Part shown: one piece after another, positions 18,384 through 27,502 of the stretch
Layout of the letters: every line of letters starts with the position of its first letter
How positions within the stretch are numbered: the stretch's first letter is position 1
NCBI GenBank assembly: GCA_963663545.1
Contig: OY760505.1
Coordinates: 2,432,001-2,496,000 of the forward strand
Length of the DNA: 64,000 nt
Origin: Candidatus Delongbacteria bacterium
GTDB lineage: Bacteria > CAIWAD01
Reading direction: 5' to 3'
Program-made: the position numbers and the translations under genes
The notes under the pieces: generated by a model
Seen by the model: only the letters and a program-made list of their open reading frames with translations
Told to the model about the DNA's origin: nothing
Databases searched by the model: none

Positions 18384-20708
18384 ATGAAAATCCTGCCTCG
18401 GATACTCTGCCTGTTGCTGGCGATCAGCTTTGCCTGGGCTTTGCCGGAAGGACGACCCGCAACAAGGAGCGCGCTGCTATCGCAGAGCGTGACACCGCTT
18501 CGTACCGTGCAGGATTCCATGCTGACCTTGCTGCGGCACGACGGCACTCCGGCATGGAATTGGCCCGACCTGCCCGGTGCAGAGGTCCGCTATCGCAAGC
18601 GTGTTACGGTTCCTTCCGACTGCCGCTTGCTGGCTTACGAGCTGGCCGCTTTTGGTGGCGAATCCAATGACGATACACCTCAGAGATCAACAAGACTTCG
18701 CTTGCTAAGACTTGACGAAACGGTGATCCACGAAGCAGACAGTCTGGTGCTACATGCCACGGGGGACTTTGAGCGCGTCGAGCTGGAGGAGCCATTGCTG
18801 CTTGGTGCAGGTGAGTATTTGATCGAACTGCGCCGTCCCACCGGTCAGGTGGCGCCCTGGCTGGCAGCCGATGACGATTGCGAATTCGAGGGTACTTCCT
18901 CGATAGCTGTAACGGGTGTGACCAACGGATTCCAGACCGTGGAACACGATTTGAATCTGCGCTTGTTGATACGCTACCTGGTGGACGACCAAGTGCCCCA
19001 GACGCAGCTGCCGGTATTTGACACGGTTTCCTGGGCGGCCGGCCTGTCGGTTATGTTGCGCGCCTGCGACGAGAGCGGCATTGATACGGCCTGGGTTGAG
19101 CTTGAGCTTCCGGATCAGCGCACAGCGGGACTTGCTGCCTTGCCTGTGGATGACGATGTGGAGAGCTGTGACTGGCGAACATTCAGCGGCATTTTAAGTT
19201 TGTCGAATCTGGTCCCTTCCCCGGATAGCCTGCTGATCGGTTCTTTTTTCGTTCGTGATACATTGAATCACACGGCCGAGCTTCCCTTTGAACTAACCTT
19301 GAGTGATATCGCCTGTTTCGACTATGCTGGAGGCTTCCCGGACGAGTATCGCTATCCCATGTACCCGCCTGTTGGTGGAGATGCTTTTGCCGTTCTGCTG
19401 AATTTGGAGAACGTCGCAGAAGACCTAGGGAGCCTGAGTGCTACGCTGCGCGGTCTTCGCATGTTGAGCAAAGGAATCGGTAGCACTACCGTGTATCTCT
19501 TCGCCGATGACAACGGCGTGCCTGCGCGAACTAGTGTCGGTGATACGTTGCTAACGGCGGCCATTGCCTCCGTGGTGCCCTGTCCGGGATGGAATCAGCT
19601 TGATTTTGATATTGCAGCCGGTGATACACTGCAGGAGTTGGACAAGATCTGGCTGATGCTTGTGCCGGAGGCCATCTCCGAAGGACAAGCGCTCTTCTTC
19701 GAATCCATCGCCGATACTTCGCAGGAAAGTGACTGCTACGTGTATCACCCGCTGGAGGGCACTTTTTCGCAACTGGAGGGAGTTCAGCCCTGCCTGCGCG
19801 TAGTGCTGGGAGCAGAAGCCTGCGAATATGAGGATTCGTTACGAGTGGGGGTTGGCGACAGCGATTTTACCTTTCGTTGCTGGCAGCGAAACCCGTTGCG
19901 CAATGATAGAGAAGGGTGGTTTTCAAGCGCTGAGTTTGCTCCCGACACGGTCTATTTCGCACCCTCTAATGAGCTGGCTGATCCGAATCATATCCAGTCG
20001 GGGAGCTTTGCTGTTATCAACTCTGATATGAATCCGGGGTTTAGCCAACACGATACCCTTTTTACTCCATGGATTACGCTTGGCGAACCGATGAGCCTCG
20101 ATTTTCTTTCCTGCTATGGAGAAGTACTCAACTCGGCAAATGGTGCTGGAGAGTATGAGGATGCATCGGTTCTTCTTTGCTTCAAGGATACCGAGCAGGA
20201 CATGGAGCTTGTTCTGGCTAGTGAGGACATCTTTCAGCTGGACTCAATTGCAATCTCAGATCAGCTGGTTCATCCGCGGTGGATTGAGCGGTCCTGGTCC
20301 GGGAGCCTGCATGGGTCTGGTGAAATCAGAATTGGCTTTGCCTACTCCGGCGCATGGGCTTATGGTTGGGCCATCGATGAAGTACGTATCACGGGAGCCT
20401 TGCCTGAACAGTTTCCTGCTGTCTTCGATGGTCCTCAGGTGGCCGAAGTGGAGTTGGGACGCCTGTACCCCAACCCCTTCAATCCTGTAGCACAAATTCC
20501 CTACCGCGTGCGCGAAGGGGGCCCGGTGCGTATTAGCGTGCACAATCTGTTGGGACAGCAGATCGCCCTGCTCCTGGATGACAAGCGGCACAGTAGCGGC
20601 AACTACATTGTGAGCTGGGAACCACAGGGAGTGGCCAGTGGCCTGTATCTTGTGCATCTGCAGTCGGCGGGGCACCAGGAAGTCAAACGCATTCTATTCT
20701 TGAAGTGA
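18384..20708 (+). CDS. Secreted protein with T9SS type-A CTD
   Basis: Signal peptide; GWAIDEV cleaved-adhesin/MAM-like strand; LYPNPFNP...ASGLYL...KRILFLK. Confidence 0.85.
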   Translation: MKILPRILCLLLAISFAWALPEGRPATRSALLSQSVTPLRTVQDSMLTLLRHDGTPAWNWPDLPGAEVRYRKRVTVPSDCRLLAYELAAFGGESNDDTPQRSTRLRLLRLDETVIHEADSLVLHATGDFERVELEEPLLLGAGEYLIELRRPTGQVAPWLAADDDCEFEGTSSIAVTGVTNGFQTVEHDLNLRLLIRYLVDDQVPQTQLPVFDTVSWAAGLSVMLRACDESGIDTAWVELELPDQRTAGLAALPVDDDVESCDWRTFSGILSLSNLVPSPDSLLIGSFFVRDTLNHTAELPFELTLSDIACFDYAGGFPDEYRYPMYPPVGGDAFAVLLNLENVAEDLGSLSATLRGLRMLSKGIGSTTVYLFADDNGVPARTSVGDTLLTAAIASVVPCPGWNQLDFDIAAGDTLQELDKIWLMLVPEAISEGQALFFESIADTSQESDCYVYHPLEGTFSQLEGVQPCLRVVLGAEACEYEDSLRVGVGDSDFTFRCWQRNPLRNDREGWFSSAEFAPDTVYFAPSNELADPNHIQSGSFAVINSDMNPGFSQHDTLFTPWITLGEPMSLDFLSCYGEVLNSANGAGEYEDASVLLCFKDTEQDMELVLASEDIFQLDSIAISDQLVHPRWIERSWSGSLHGSGEIRIGFAYSGAWAYGWAIDEVRITGALPEQFPAVFDGPQVAEVELGRLYPNPFNPVAQIPYRVREGGPVRISVHNLLGQQIALLLDDKRHSSGNYIVSWEPQGVASGLYLVHLQSAGHQEVKRILFLK

Positions 20709-20715
20709 CACAAGC

Positions 20716-21189
20716 ATGATCGTGATACACACCGATGGCGCCTGCAGCGGCAACCCCGGGCCGGGCGGCTATGGAGTCATTCTAGTCTCTGGGGACTCGC
20801 GACTTGAAATCTCGGGCGCTGAGCGTGATACAACCAACAACCGCATGGAGATGATGGCTGCCATTCGTGGTTTACAGAGTCTGAAGGGGCCGCAGTCCTG
20901 CCAGCTCTGGACGGATAGCAGTTACCTGCGCGACGGTATCACGAAGTGGATCCACAATTGGATGCGCAATGGCTGGCGCACTGCTTCCAAGCAGCCGGTG
21001 AAGAACGAAGACCTTTGGCGCGAACTCTGGGACCTGACAGGCGAGCACGAGATCGAATGGAAATGGATCAAAGGGCACGCGGGTCACAAGGAGAATGAGC
21101 GCGCCGATCGCCTCGCTGTGGCTGGCTGCACACGGGCCAAGGCTGGAGATGAAGGCGAGCTGAGCGGCAGGCCGACGCTGCAGATCTGA
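20716..21189 (+). CDS. rnhA: Ribonuclease HI
   Basis: TDGACSGNPGPGG, TTNNRMEM, TDSSY, WIKGHAG, NERAD. Confidence 0.97.
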   Translation: MIVIHTDGACSGNPGPGGYGVILVSGDSRLEISGAERDTTNNRMEMMAAIRGLQSLKGPQSCQLWTDSSYLRDGITKWIHNWMRNGWRTASKQPVKNEDLWRELWDLTGEHEIEWKWIKGHAGHKENERADRLAVAGCTRAKAGDEGELSGRPTLQI

Positions 21190-21190
21190 T

Positions 21191-21802
21191 TCAGCGTTGA
21201 CAGCATCTCTGGATCGCCAAGATGGCTCGATCCAGACTTGGTGATACAAGACGAGCGGCTGAGACATTCCACTGAGATGCTATAAAATCCTTGAGTACAA
21301 TGTTGTAGCCCCGCCCCGTTTTGTAGCCGGAGTTCTTTTCCGGCAGAACGGCTTCCTTGATCTGACGGGACTTAGATTTTCTGACAATGGCCAGCAGCAC
21401 TTCCTTTGGATCCTGAATCTCCTCTGGCTTGGCTGGGATGTGTTTGACGAGGACACGAAGTGCTTCTGCAAGTCCTCGACGGTCAGCCAGTAACCACGCC
21501 TCTGCTTCGCGTTTCGCCAGACGATAAATGAAGTATGGTGAATCGCAGTTGGCCTTTAGCTGCGCGAAGTACTTCGTAGCACATGCGACTCGATCCAAGT
21601 CAGCAAGGAAGAACACGCTGTAACCGCAATTGGCGGCTCTGCAAGCCCGAGGAATCTCAGCATTCAGTCCGTGAACACCTCGCTTCTGCTGAGCAATTGT
21701 GATCGAGAGTTTCGGTGCGAATTCGCTGACCAATCTGCTCAGAAGGCAGATTCCCAGCTCATCTTCTGCGTAGAGGATTGCTTCGTGTTTGAGCTTATCC
21801 AT
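21191..21802 (-). CDS. DUF4276-like (TOPRIM-fold) protein
   Basis: YAED, LADLD, REAEAWLLADR, DPKE, SPSL; overlaps the ATPase stop. Confidence 0.8.
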   Translation of the reverse strand: MDKLKHEAILYAEDELGICLLSRLVSEFAPKLSITIAQQKRGVHGLNAEIPRACRAANCGYSVFFLADLDRVACATKYFAQLKANCDSPYFIYRLAKREAEAWLLADRRGLAEALRVLVKHIPAKPEEIQDPKEVLLAIVRKSKSRQIKEAVLPEKNSGYKTGRGYNIVLKDFIASQWNVSAARLVSPSLDRAILAIQRCCQR

Positions 21803-22961
21803 TTGCGAAAAGCGGCAGATCACTGCAGTTATCCGGTCTGGCCTGGGGTAACATAATCTCGGCTACAGTGTATTCCATGTTGTACTTCTCACGATCACGG
21901 GGCGTTGCTAGTCGCAATTCCGTTCCATTGTTCCCTGGCTGCAAGCGTATCACATCATCAGGAGTAATGAGCTTATTGTCTAGAATAGCCGAACTGTGCG
22001 TGCTAATCAGGATTTGTCCAAGGCGCGCCTTACTGCCTTTCTGCAGATTGTAGATCATCTCCGGTATGTACCGAACAATCTCTTCATTCAATGAAAGCTC
22101 GGGTTCTTCCAGCAGTAATAGACCGTTTCCATCTAGAAGACACCATAGAATGGCAATGAGGCGAAGCGTGCCATCGCTGAAGTGGCGCTCAGTTTGCTTG
22201 CTGGCATTAGGACGCCAGTTCACTAGCTGTGCCTCGAGGTGTGGCGTTCCAGAGATTTTGTCACGCATGAAACTGAGATTCTGCATTTGTGGCGCGGCTA
22301 CCCGAAGTGCAGTACTGATTCGCCGCAACCGAAACTCCCTAGTGTTTTTTGGAGCAGCTGCGACCTGGGCGAGAAATCCCTGGCCATAAGGGTCGTTTTC
22401 GAGGATTTTACCGGAGATCTCATCAGCGTGAGTTAACAGCTGTGGTACAAGGTGCAAATAGCGAACTCCTGCGAAGTACTCGCTGATCGAGCGGAAATCG
22501 CGATTTGCGTTTGCTTGTTCCAAGTGGGTCTGGGTCAGCGTTTCTGGGTCGCCGCTCTCAGATTCTGCCGTCCTTGACAGAATCTCTTTTCCACGGATTG
22601 TCACTTCCTCACGTGATACAAGTGGGCGCTGCTTTTCCTTCGTTCCTTTCCCTTCGGACTTGATTTGGAGCACGTATGTGGAATCCAATTGATCGGGCTC
22701 ACTGAACGTAAAGGAAAGCTCTATTTCCGGATTTCGACGAGCCCACATACAACGCAAGTGCCCCATTCCATCGCGGAGCTTTGTCGCCTGCTGCAAACCG
22801 CCGCCGTCTGCTTTGCAGATATCTCGCATGAAACGAAACACATCCATCAGATTGGATTTGCCTGAGGCGTTCGGCCCTACCAGAAATGTGCGATCGCTCA
22901 GTGGGAATTCTGCCTGACGGAAGTTTCGCCAGTTCTTGAGAGTGACAGACTTCAGTTTCAT
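21795..22961 (-). CDS. AAA_21/ABC-type ATPase (AbiEii/OLD/SMC-like)
   Basis: LKNWRNF, GPNASGKSN, FSDGTLR, LLEEPE, ISTHS. Confidence 0.9.
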   Translation of the reverse strand: MKLKSVTLKNWRNFRQAEFPLSDRTFLVGPNASGKSNLMDVFRFMRDICKADGGGLQQATKLRDGMGHLRCMWARRNPEIELSFTFSEPDQLDSTYVLQIKSEGKGTKEKQRPLVSREEVTIRGKEILSRTAESESGDPETLTQTHLEQANANRDFRSISEYFAGVRYLHLVPQLLTHADEISGKILENDPYGQGFLAQVAAAPKNTREFRLRRISTALRVAAPQMQNLSFMRDKISGTPHLEAQLVNWRPNASKQTERHFSDGTLRLIAILWCLLDGNGLLLLEEPELSLNEEIVRYIPEMIYNLQKGSKARLGQILISTHSSAILDNKLITPDDVIRLQPGNNGTELRLATPRDREKYNMEYTVAEIMLPQARPDNCSDLPLFANG

Positions 22962-23001
22962 CAGAACACCTCAACAAGCTGTATCACGAGGGAGAGTGCT
23001 T

Positions 23002-23589
23002 CTAGATCATATCCCGCATCACCTCAGGACGCGGATTCGCAATCACCACCTTGTTCACCAGCATACCCTGTTTGCCGGCCTTGGCCGCGCCTGCGTCTAC
23101 TGCAGTGCGCACGGCGGAGACATCGCCCGTGAGGGTCACAAAAGCCTTGCCGCCAATGGCCATCGCGAGACGGATTTCCAACAGTCGCACGCTGGCAGCC
23201 TTGGCTGCCGTGTCAGCGGCTTCCAACAGCGAAGAAACAGAAAAGGTTTCGATCACACCCAGTGCCTCACCGGGTTCCATCATCTGCATCCCCTCGATGG
23301 CTGGCAGCACATCCTCGTGCAGGTTCGGAATCATCCAGCGATCCACCATGTCGCGTTCGCACAGCGCTTCTGCAGCGTCCAGCGAGCTGGCAACGGCGGC
23401 TGTATCACCGGCAATCACACTCATGTACTTGCCTGGGCATATGGTGCGTGATACAAGCAGACGAATCTCGGCGGTCTTCAACATCAGATCTGCGGCTTCA
23501 ATACCGCGTGCAATGGAAGTGTATTCGATAACACCGACGGCCTGGCTGGGCCGCTCGGAGCTGAACTGACTGGTTTGATTGCGCATCAT
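23002..23589 (-). CDS. pduT: Bacterial microcompartment tandem-domain shell protein (BMC-T), PduT-like
   Basis: SIARGIEAADLMLK...TICPGKY, AIGGKAFVTLTGDVSAV; Cys of CPGK retained. Confidence 0.88.
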   Translation of the reverse strand: MMRNQTSQFSSERPSQAVGVIEYTSIARGIEAADLMLKTAEIRLLVSRTICPGKYMSVIAGDTAAVASSLDAAEALCERDMVDRWMIPNLHEDVLPAIEGMQMMEPGEALGVIETFSVSSLLEAADTAAKAASVRLLEIRLAMAIGGKAFVTLTGDVSAVRTAVDAGAAKAGKQGMLVNKVVIANPRPEVMRDMI

Positions 23590-24908
23590 GAGAGCTCAAT
23601 CTCCATGGGCTTGATGGCACTGACTTTGCCTGCTCGGGGAGCATGAATGCGGGCGCCCAGCTTACCTTCCGGCGGCTGCGCCAGCAGCTGACCGGCCTGC
23701 ACGTTTTCGCCTTCGGCAACAAGGGCTTCTGCAGGAGCACCGATATGCTGGTTCAGACGAATCCGCAGTGTATCACGGCCTCCCGTGAAGGGCGTATAGG
23801 GCGCGTCGAATTCGAAGCTCTTCAGGCCGATGCGTGCCAGCAGCTTTTTCGTGGGCACGCGGCGGTAGGCTTCCATCGGATGCGGTGATACATCCTTGGG
23901 GCCGTTGAACCCTTCACCAATGCTGGCCAACGTACGCTTGCTGTCTTGGCAGGCTTCGCGCGGAAATAGTCCTTCGGGGCAGGCGTAGAGCGAGCAGATG
24001 CCGCACTCGCAGCAGATCTGTCCCCAGCGACTGTGAGCGGGGAAACCGCTGGTGAACTGGTGACGCATCACCTGATGCGGTTCCAGCGGGTGGCCAAGCA
24101 GGTAACGCGGGCACATCTGGGTGCACAGCGAACACTGGTCGCACACGCTTTTACCAATACGGTAGTAGTTCTCGCGGCTCATCAGCGCGCGCTGCACGTA
24201 AGGGTGACTGCGCGGTAGCACAATCACGCCAGAGCTGGTTTTCACCACCGGCGTGTTGGCATCCTCGACAATCTTGCCCATCATCGGGCCGCCGTCCAGA
24301 ATTACCCAGTCGCGGATTTTCGCGCCCCCGGCGTGATCCACCAACTCAGCAAAGCTCACACCCAGGGGCACACGCAAGGTTTGCGGCGAACGCACACTGC
24401 CACTTACCGTGACGAAGGCCGTGGTCACCGGGCGCCCCTGCAAGGCGTCGTGCACCGTCAACGCGGTTTCGTTGTTCATGACCACCAAGCCAACGTGCAG
24501 TGGCAATCCGCCAGGAGGCACCACGCGCCCGGTCAGCTCGTAGGCAAGAGTCACCTCGTCGCCCGCCGGGTAGAAATCCTCCAGCACGTGAATGGAATAA
24601 CCGCCACTTCCCGCCGGGCCGTAACTGGTTCTTTCCATGGCCGCGATCGAGGCCTTGTTCTTGCCCTTGATGCCCACGATCACGCGCTCGGCGCCGACAA
24701 TGGCTGCTGCTGCCATGATGCCCTGGGCAACTTCCTCAGCGTGGTGTTGCATCACCACATTGTCTTTGCGCAGCAACGGTTCGCACTCTGCTGCATTAAT
24801 CAGCAGGGTGTCCACATTCGCGGAAAGCTTGACGTGAGTGGGGAATCCAGCCCCGCCCTTGCCGACACAACCCGCCGCCGCAATCTGTTCCAGTCGGGGA
24901 TCTTTCAT
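23586..24908 (-). CDS. pduS: PduS/RnfC-like flavin-4Fe4S protein with SLBB domain
   Basis: GKGGAGFPTHVK, NAAECEPLL, YPAGDE, GGPMMG, CDQCSLCTQMCP, CCECGICSLYACP, QHIGAPA. Confidence 0.85.
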   Translation of the reverse strand: MKDPRLEQIAAAGCVGKGGAGFPTHVKLSANVDTLLINAAECEPLLRKDNVVMQHHAEEVAQGIMAAAAIVGAERVIVGIKGKNKASIAAMERTSYGPAGSGGYSIHVLEDFYPAGDEVTLAYELTGRVVPPGGLPLHVGLVVMNNETALTVHDALQGRPVTTAFVTVSGSVRSPQTLRVPLGVSFAELVDHAGGAKIRDWVILDGGPMMGKIVEDANTPVVKTSSGVIVLPRSHPYVQRALMSRENYYRIGKSVCDQCSLCTQMCPRYLLGHPLEPHQVMRHQFTSGFPAHSRWGQICCECGICSLYACPEGLFPREACQDSKRTLASIGEGFNGPKDVSPHPMEAYRRVPTKKLLARIGLKSFEFDAPYTPFTGGRDTLRIRLNQHIGAPAEALVAEGENVQAGQLLAQPPEGKLGARIHAPRAGKVSAIKPMEIELS

Positions 24909-25079
24909 CGCGCTTCGCGATCCTTCCTTACTTGATACCGCAAAGGTAGGAAACGCATCGCACCTGAGTATTTGCTTGGTGGTTCAGTAGAGGCCTGCCA
25001 TATTGAAATCTGATTTGATAGCCGGAGGTGTGTTCCGGCCCGAAGACCCATGGGAACTGAGTCCAGGTGCACAGGAATC

Positions 25080-26747
25080 ATGACTGAAACATCCTCCCCG
25101 GGGCGCTCCTGGGGACTCATCCGCAAGATATCGCGTGATACAGCGGCAGCCTTCGTTATCGACTTTCACGATCTCGACCGGGATGTCTACCTGCGTTTGC
25201 GCTCGCCGTGGCAGGCGAATCCGGGCGATCTGATCGGGTATTTGCTCGAAGAGCGTCATGGCGAGCAAGGTGACCGATACACAGGCAGCGATATCCTGTT
25301 CAATCAGAATCCAAGCATGGAAGAGATGCTCCGGCTAGGGCGTTTTACCGGACTCTCACAAGCTGGGCTGAAGCATCTGGTGAAGCTGCTGCACGAGGAT
25401 CCATCGCGAATCAATCAGATCTTCTGCCCGCATGGGCCGGAGCTGGTGCAAGAGCAGATTCTGGCCGCAGGCTGGTTCCCACTACCTGACGCCTTGCTGA
25501 AGGATGCGGGCGGATACCAGAAATTTGCTGGCGCATTAACAGCGCGTTTGGTGCGTAGTGAGCAGTACACGCGTGAGCAGCTTGAAGAGCTACTGGACGG
25601 GCGCCTGGGCTGGAAACGTGAACTCACCGTGCTCAAACGCGTTGCCGAAAGCCAACCTGAGCTATTGCATCAGCCCTTCCAACTGGCGGAGCGTGGACTG
25701 GGGCGGCGTGTCTGGGGCTGGTATCGCGAGGTAGGACTACCCGAGCTGTTGCTCAATCTTCCCGTGTTACATATCCCGCGCGAGCTCGTTCTTGGCTTCC
25801 TGCGTAGTGGAGCGCTATCCGGTGAGCGTGCGGACGCCTATGCCGCGAAGTTAAGCGACGAGGACCACAACCGCATGCTGCATATCGTCTGGCAAAGCAC
25901 TGAGGACGACCGCGAGAATCTGCTGGACTACTGGCGTGATACAAAGTACTGGGAAGAGCTGCAGCAGGCGTTGCTGCAAAACCCGCAACACGCTGAGCAA
26001 ACCGCCGAGGGGATTCTCGATAGTTGTGATACAACAGAGAGCCTGCTGGCCTTGTTGAGAAACCCCCATCTGGCAGCCCAGGCTGCCGAGCGCTTGGCCT
26101 TGCAGGAGTTGGATAGCGCCCAGTTGTTGCGCGTCTGGCTAAGCGGTAACCGTTCTGCCGAAGCACTCGCGCTTTTGATAAGCCAGCTTCGTGATGCAAA
26201 CGCCGCGGAGTTGCGCTCCCTTGCCGCTCAGTGCGACGTGACCGATGTCCCCGCCTTGGCCAAGGTGCTGTTGGACGGCGGCGTTACCGCCGCAAGACTT
26301 TTGCTGGATTCCTCGCAGCTCAGTTGCGAAGACCTGCTGGCGCTGCTGGGTGACGCCGAGGCAGAACAGCTGGTGAAGGATCGTGTATCACGGGATCCCA
26401 GTCTGCTAGGGGAGCTCTTCAGGGTCAGTGCACAGAGCGAGCGTCCGGTAGCGGGATTGAGCGCAGCTTGGAAATGGTTAGCCGCCAACGCAGAGATTCA
26501 AGCAATGCTAGAAGAGTCCATTGCCGATGAAGTGCTTCGTCGTGCAGCTCTTGGATGTCTGTGTCACGCTGTCGAGTTCAACCGTGGGCAGGTGCAGCGC
26601 CTCTTGCCGCTTCCCATGGAGCAGGATCTGCGCTGCGCGCTGGCACAGGCAATTACGGCCCGTAGCCCGGAACGCTGGCAGGAACGCTATTTCGTCAGTC
26701 CGGAACTGGCCGCCGCCTGGCGCGAGGCTGGCGCTCAGCTGCTGTAG
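25080..26747 (+). CDS. Hypothetical Leu-rich alpha-helical protein, possible N-terminal OB/cold-shock-like domain
   Basis: Long ORF with AGGA RBS, followed by a terminator; no clear family. Confidence 0.65.
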   Translation: MTETSSPGRSWGLIRKISRDTAAAFVIDFHDLDRDVYLRLRSPWQANPGDLIGYLLEERHGEQGDRYTGSDILFNQNPSMEEMLRLGRFTGLSQAGLKHLVKLLHEDPSRINQIFCPHGPELVQEQILAAGWFPLPDALLKDAGGYQKFAGALTARLVRSEQYTREQLEELLDGRLGWKRELTVLKRVAESQPELLHQPFQLAERGLGRRVWGWYREVGLPELLLNLPVLHIPRELVLGFLRSGALSGERADAYAAKLSDEDHNRMLHIVWQSTEDDRENLLDYWRDTKYWEELQQALLQNPQHAEQTAEGILDSCDTTESLLALLRNPHLAAQAAERLALQELDSAQLLRVWLSGNRSAEALALLISQLRDANAAELRSLAAQCDVTDVPALAKVLLDGGVTAARLLLDSSQLSCEDLLALLGDAEAEQLVKDRVSRDPSLLGELFRVSAQSERPVAGLSAAWKWLAANAEIQAMLEESIADEVLRRAALGCLCHAVEFNRGQVQRLLPLPMEQDLRCALAQAITARSPERWQERYFVSPELAAAWREAGAQLL

Positions 26748-26768
26748 CACTCACTCAACTCGAAATAG

Positions 26769-26795
26769 AAAGGGACCCCGCTCGGGTCCCTTTTT
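26769..26795. terminator. Bidirectional terminator
   Basis: aaagggaccc/gggtcccttt between convergent genes. Confidence 0.75.
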
Positions 26796-26823
26796 GCTTT
26801 TGTATCACAAACACTCTGATGCG

Positions 26824-27387
26824 CTATTTCGCAGCGGGATCTTCCAGGCGCTTCTTACAGGGCTCAAAGCTCATGAAATCGGCGTGATGCACAATGTAGG
26901 CTTCAGTGCTGCGTGTGACCAGATTGCCTTCGCCCGCGTGTGTGGCGACAATGTGACTCACCGCATCGGGAAGTCCGGCCTCCATGCACAGAAACACACC
27001 CGTGAAGGGATGGCGCAGATATTTGCCACGCATGCTTTGTACGGCCTTGCCTTCGGCATCAGGTTCGTATTCCAGTAGTTTGCCCACATCGGCCAGAATG
27101 GCACCGGAGACAACAATATCCAGATTGATCGGCAGGCTGCCGCCCATGAAATTCTGCATCGCCAGTGCACTATCGCGGGCAATGTGGACCACGCAGCGCT
27201 TGTGCTCCATGAAGGTTACTTCGGTTGGGACCAGCAGAGTAAAGGGAATGCGCCGCAGATCGTCAGCAGTCAGCGGGCTGCGCTCCAGGGCAAGTTCCCA
27301 GGCGTGTGCAGTGCGGACCCGCAGTTCCTTATCCTGGATCCAGTCCAGTTCCGGCCAAAGCTCCAGTACGGTGGCATTGATCGACAT
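26824..27387 (-). CDS. HD-domain phosphohydrolase
   Basis: FMEHKR, LADVGKLLEY (HD altered to AD), LRHPFTG, ATHAGEG, VHHADF. Confidence 0.85.
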   Translation of the reverse strand: MSINATVLELWPELDWIQDKELRVRTAHAWELALERSPLTADDLRRIPFTLLVPTEVTFMEHKRCVVHIARDSALAMQNFMGGSLPINLDIVVSGAILADVGKLLEYEPDAEGKAVQSMRGKYLRHPFTGVFLCMEAGLPDAVSHIVATHAGEGNLVTRSTEAYIVHHADFMSFEPCKKRLEDPAAK

Positions 27388-27502
27388 CTCTCTGCTCCTT
27401 GCTCAGGGGCGGACCTTGCCGCACATCGGGTTGTTATCTTGCCGGAGGCGTTTCTGATATCGCGCGACCGGTATCAGCTGCAAGGTAATACCGGAGGTAC
27501 GC

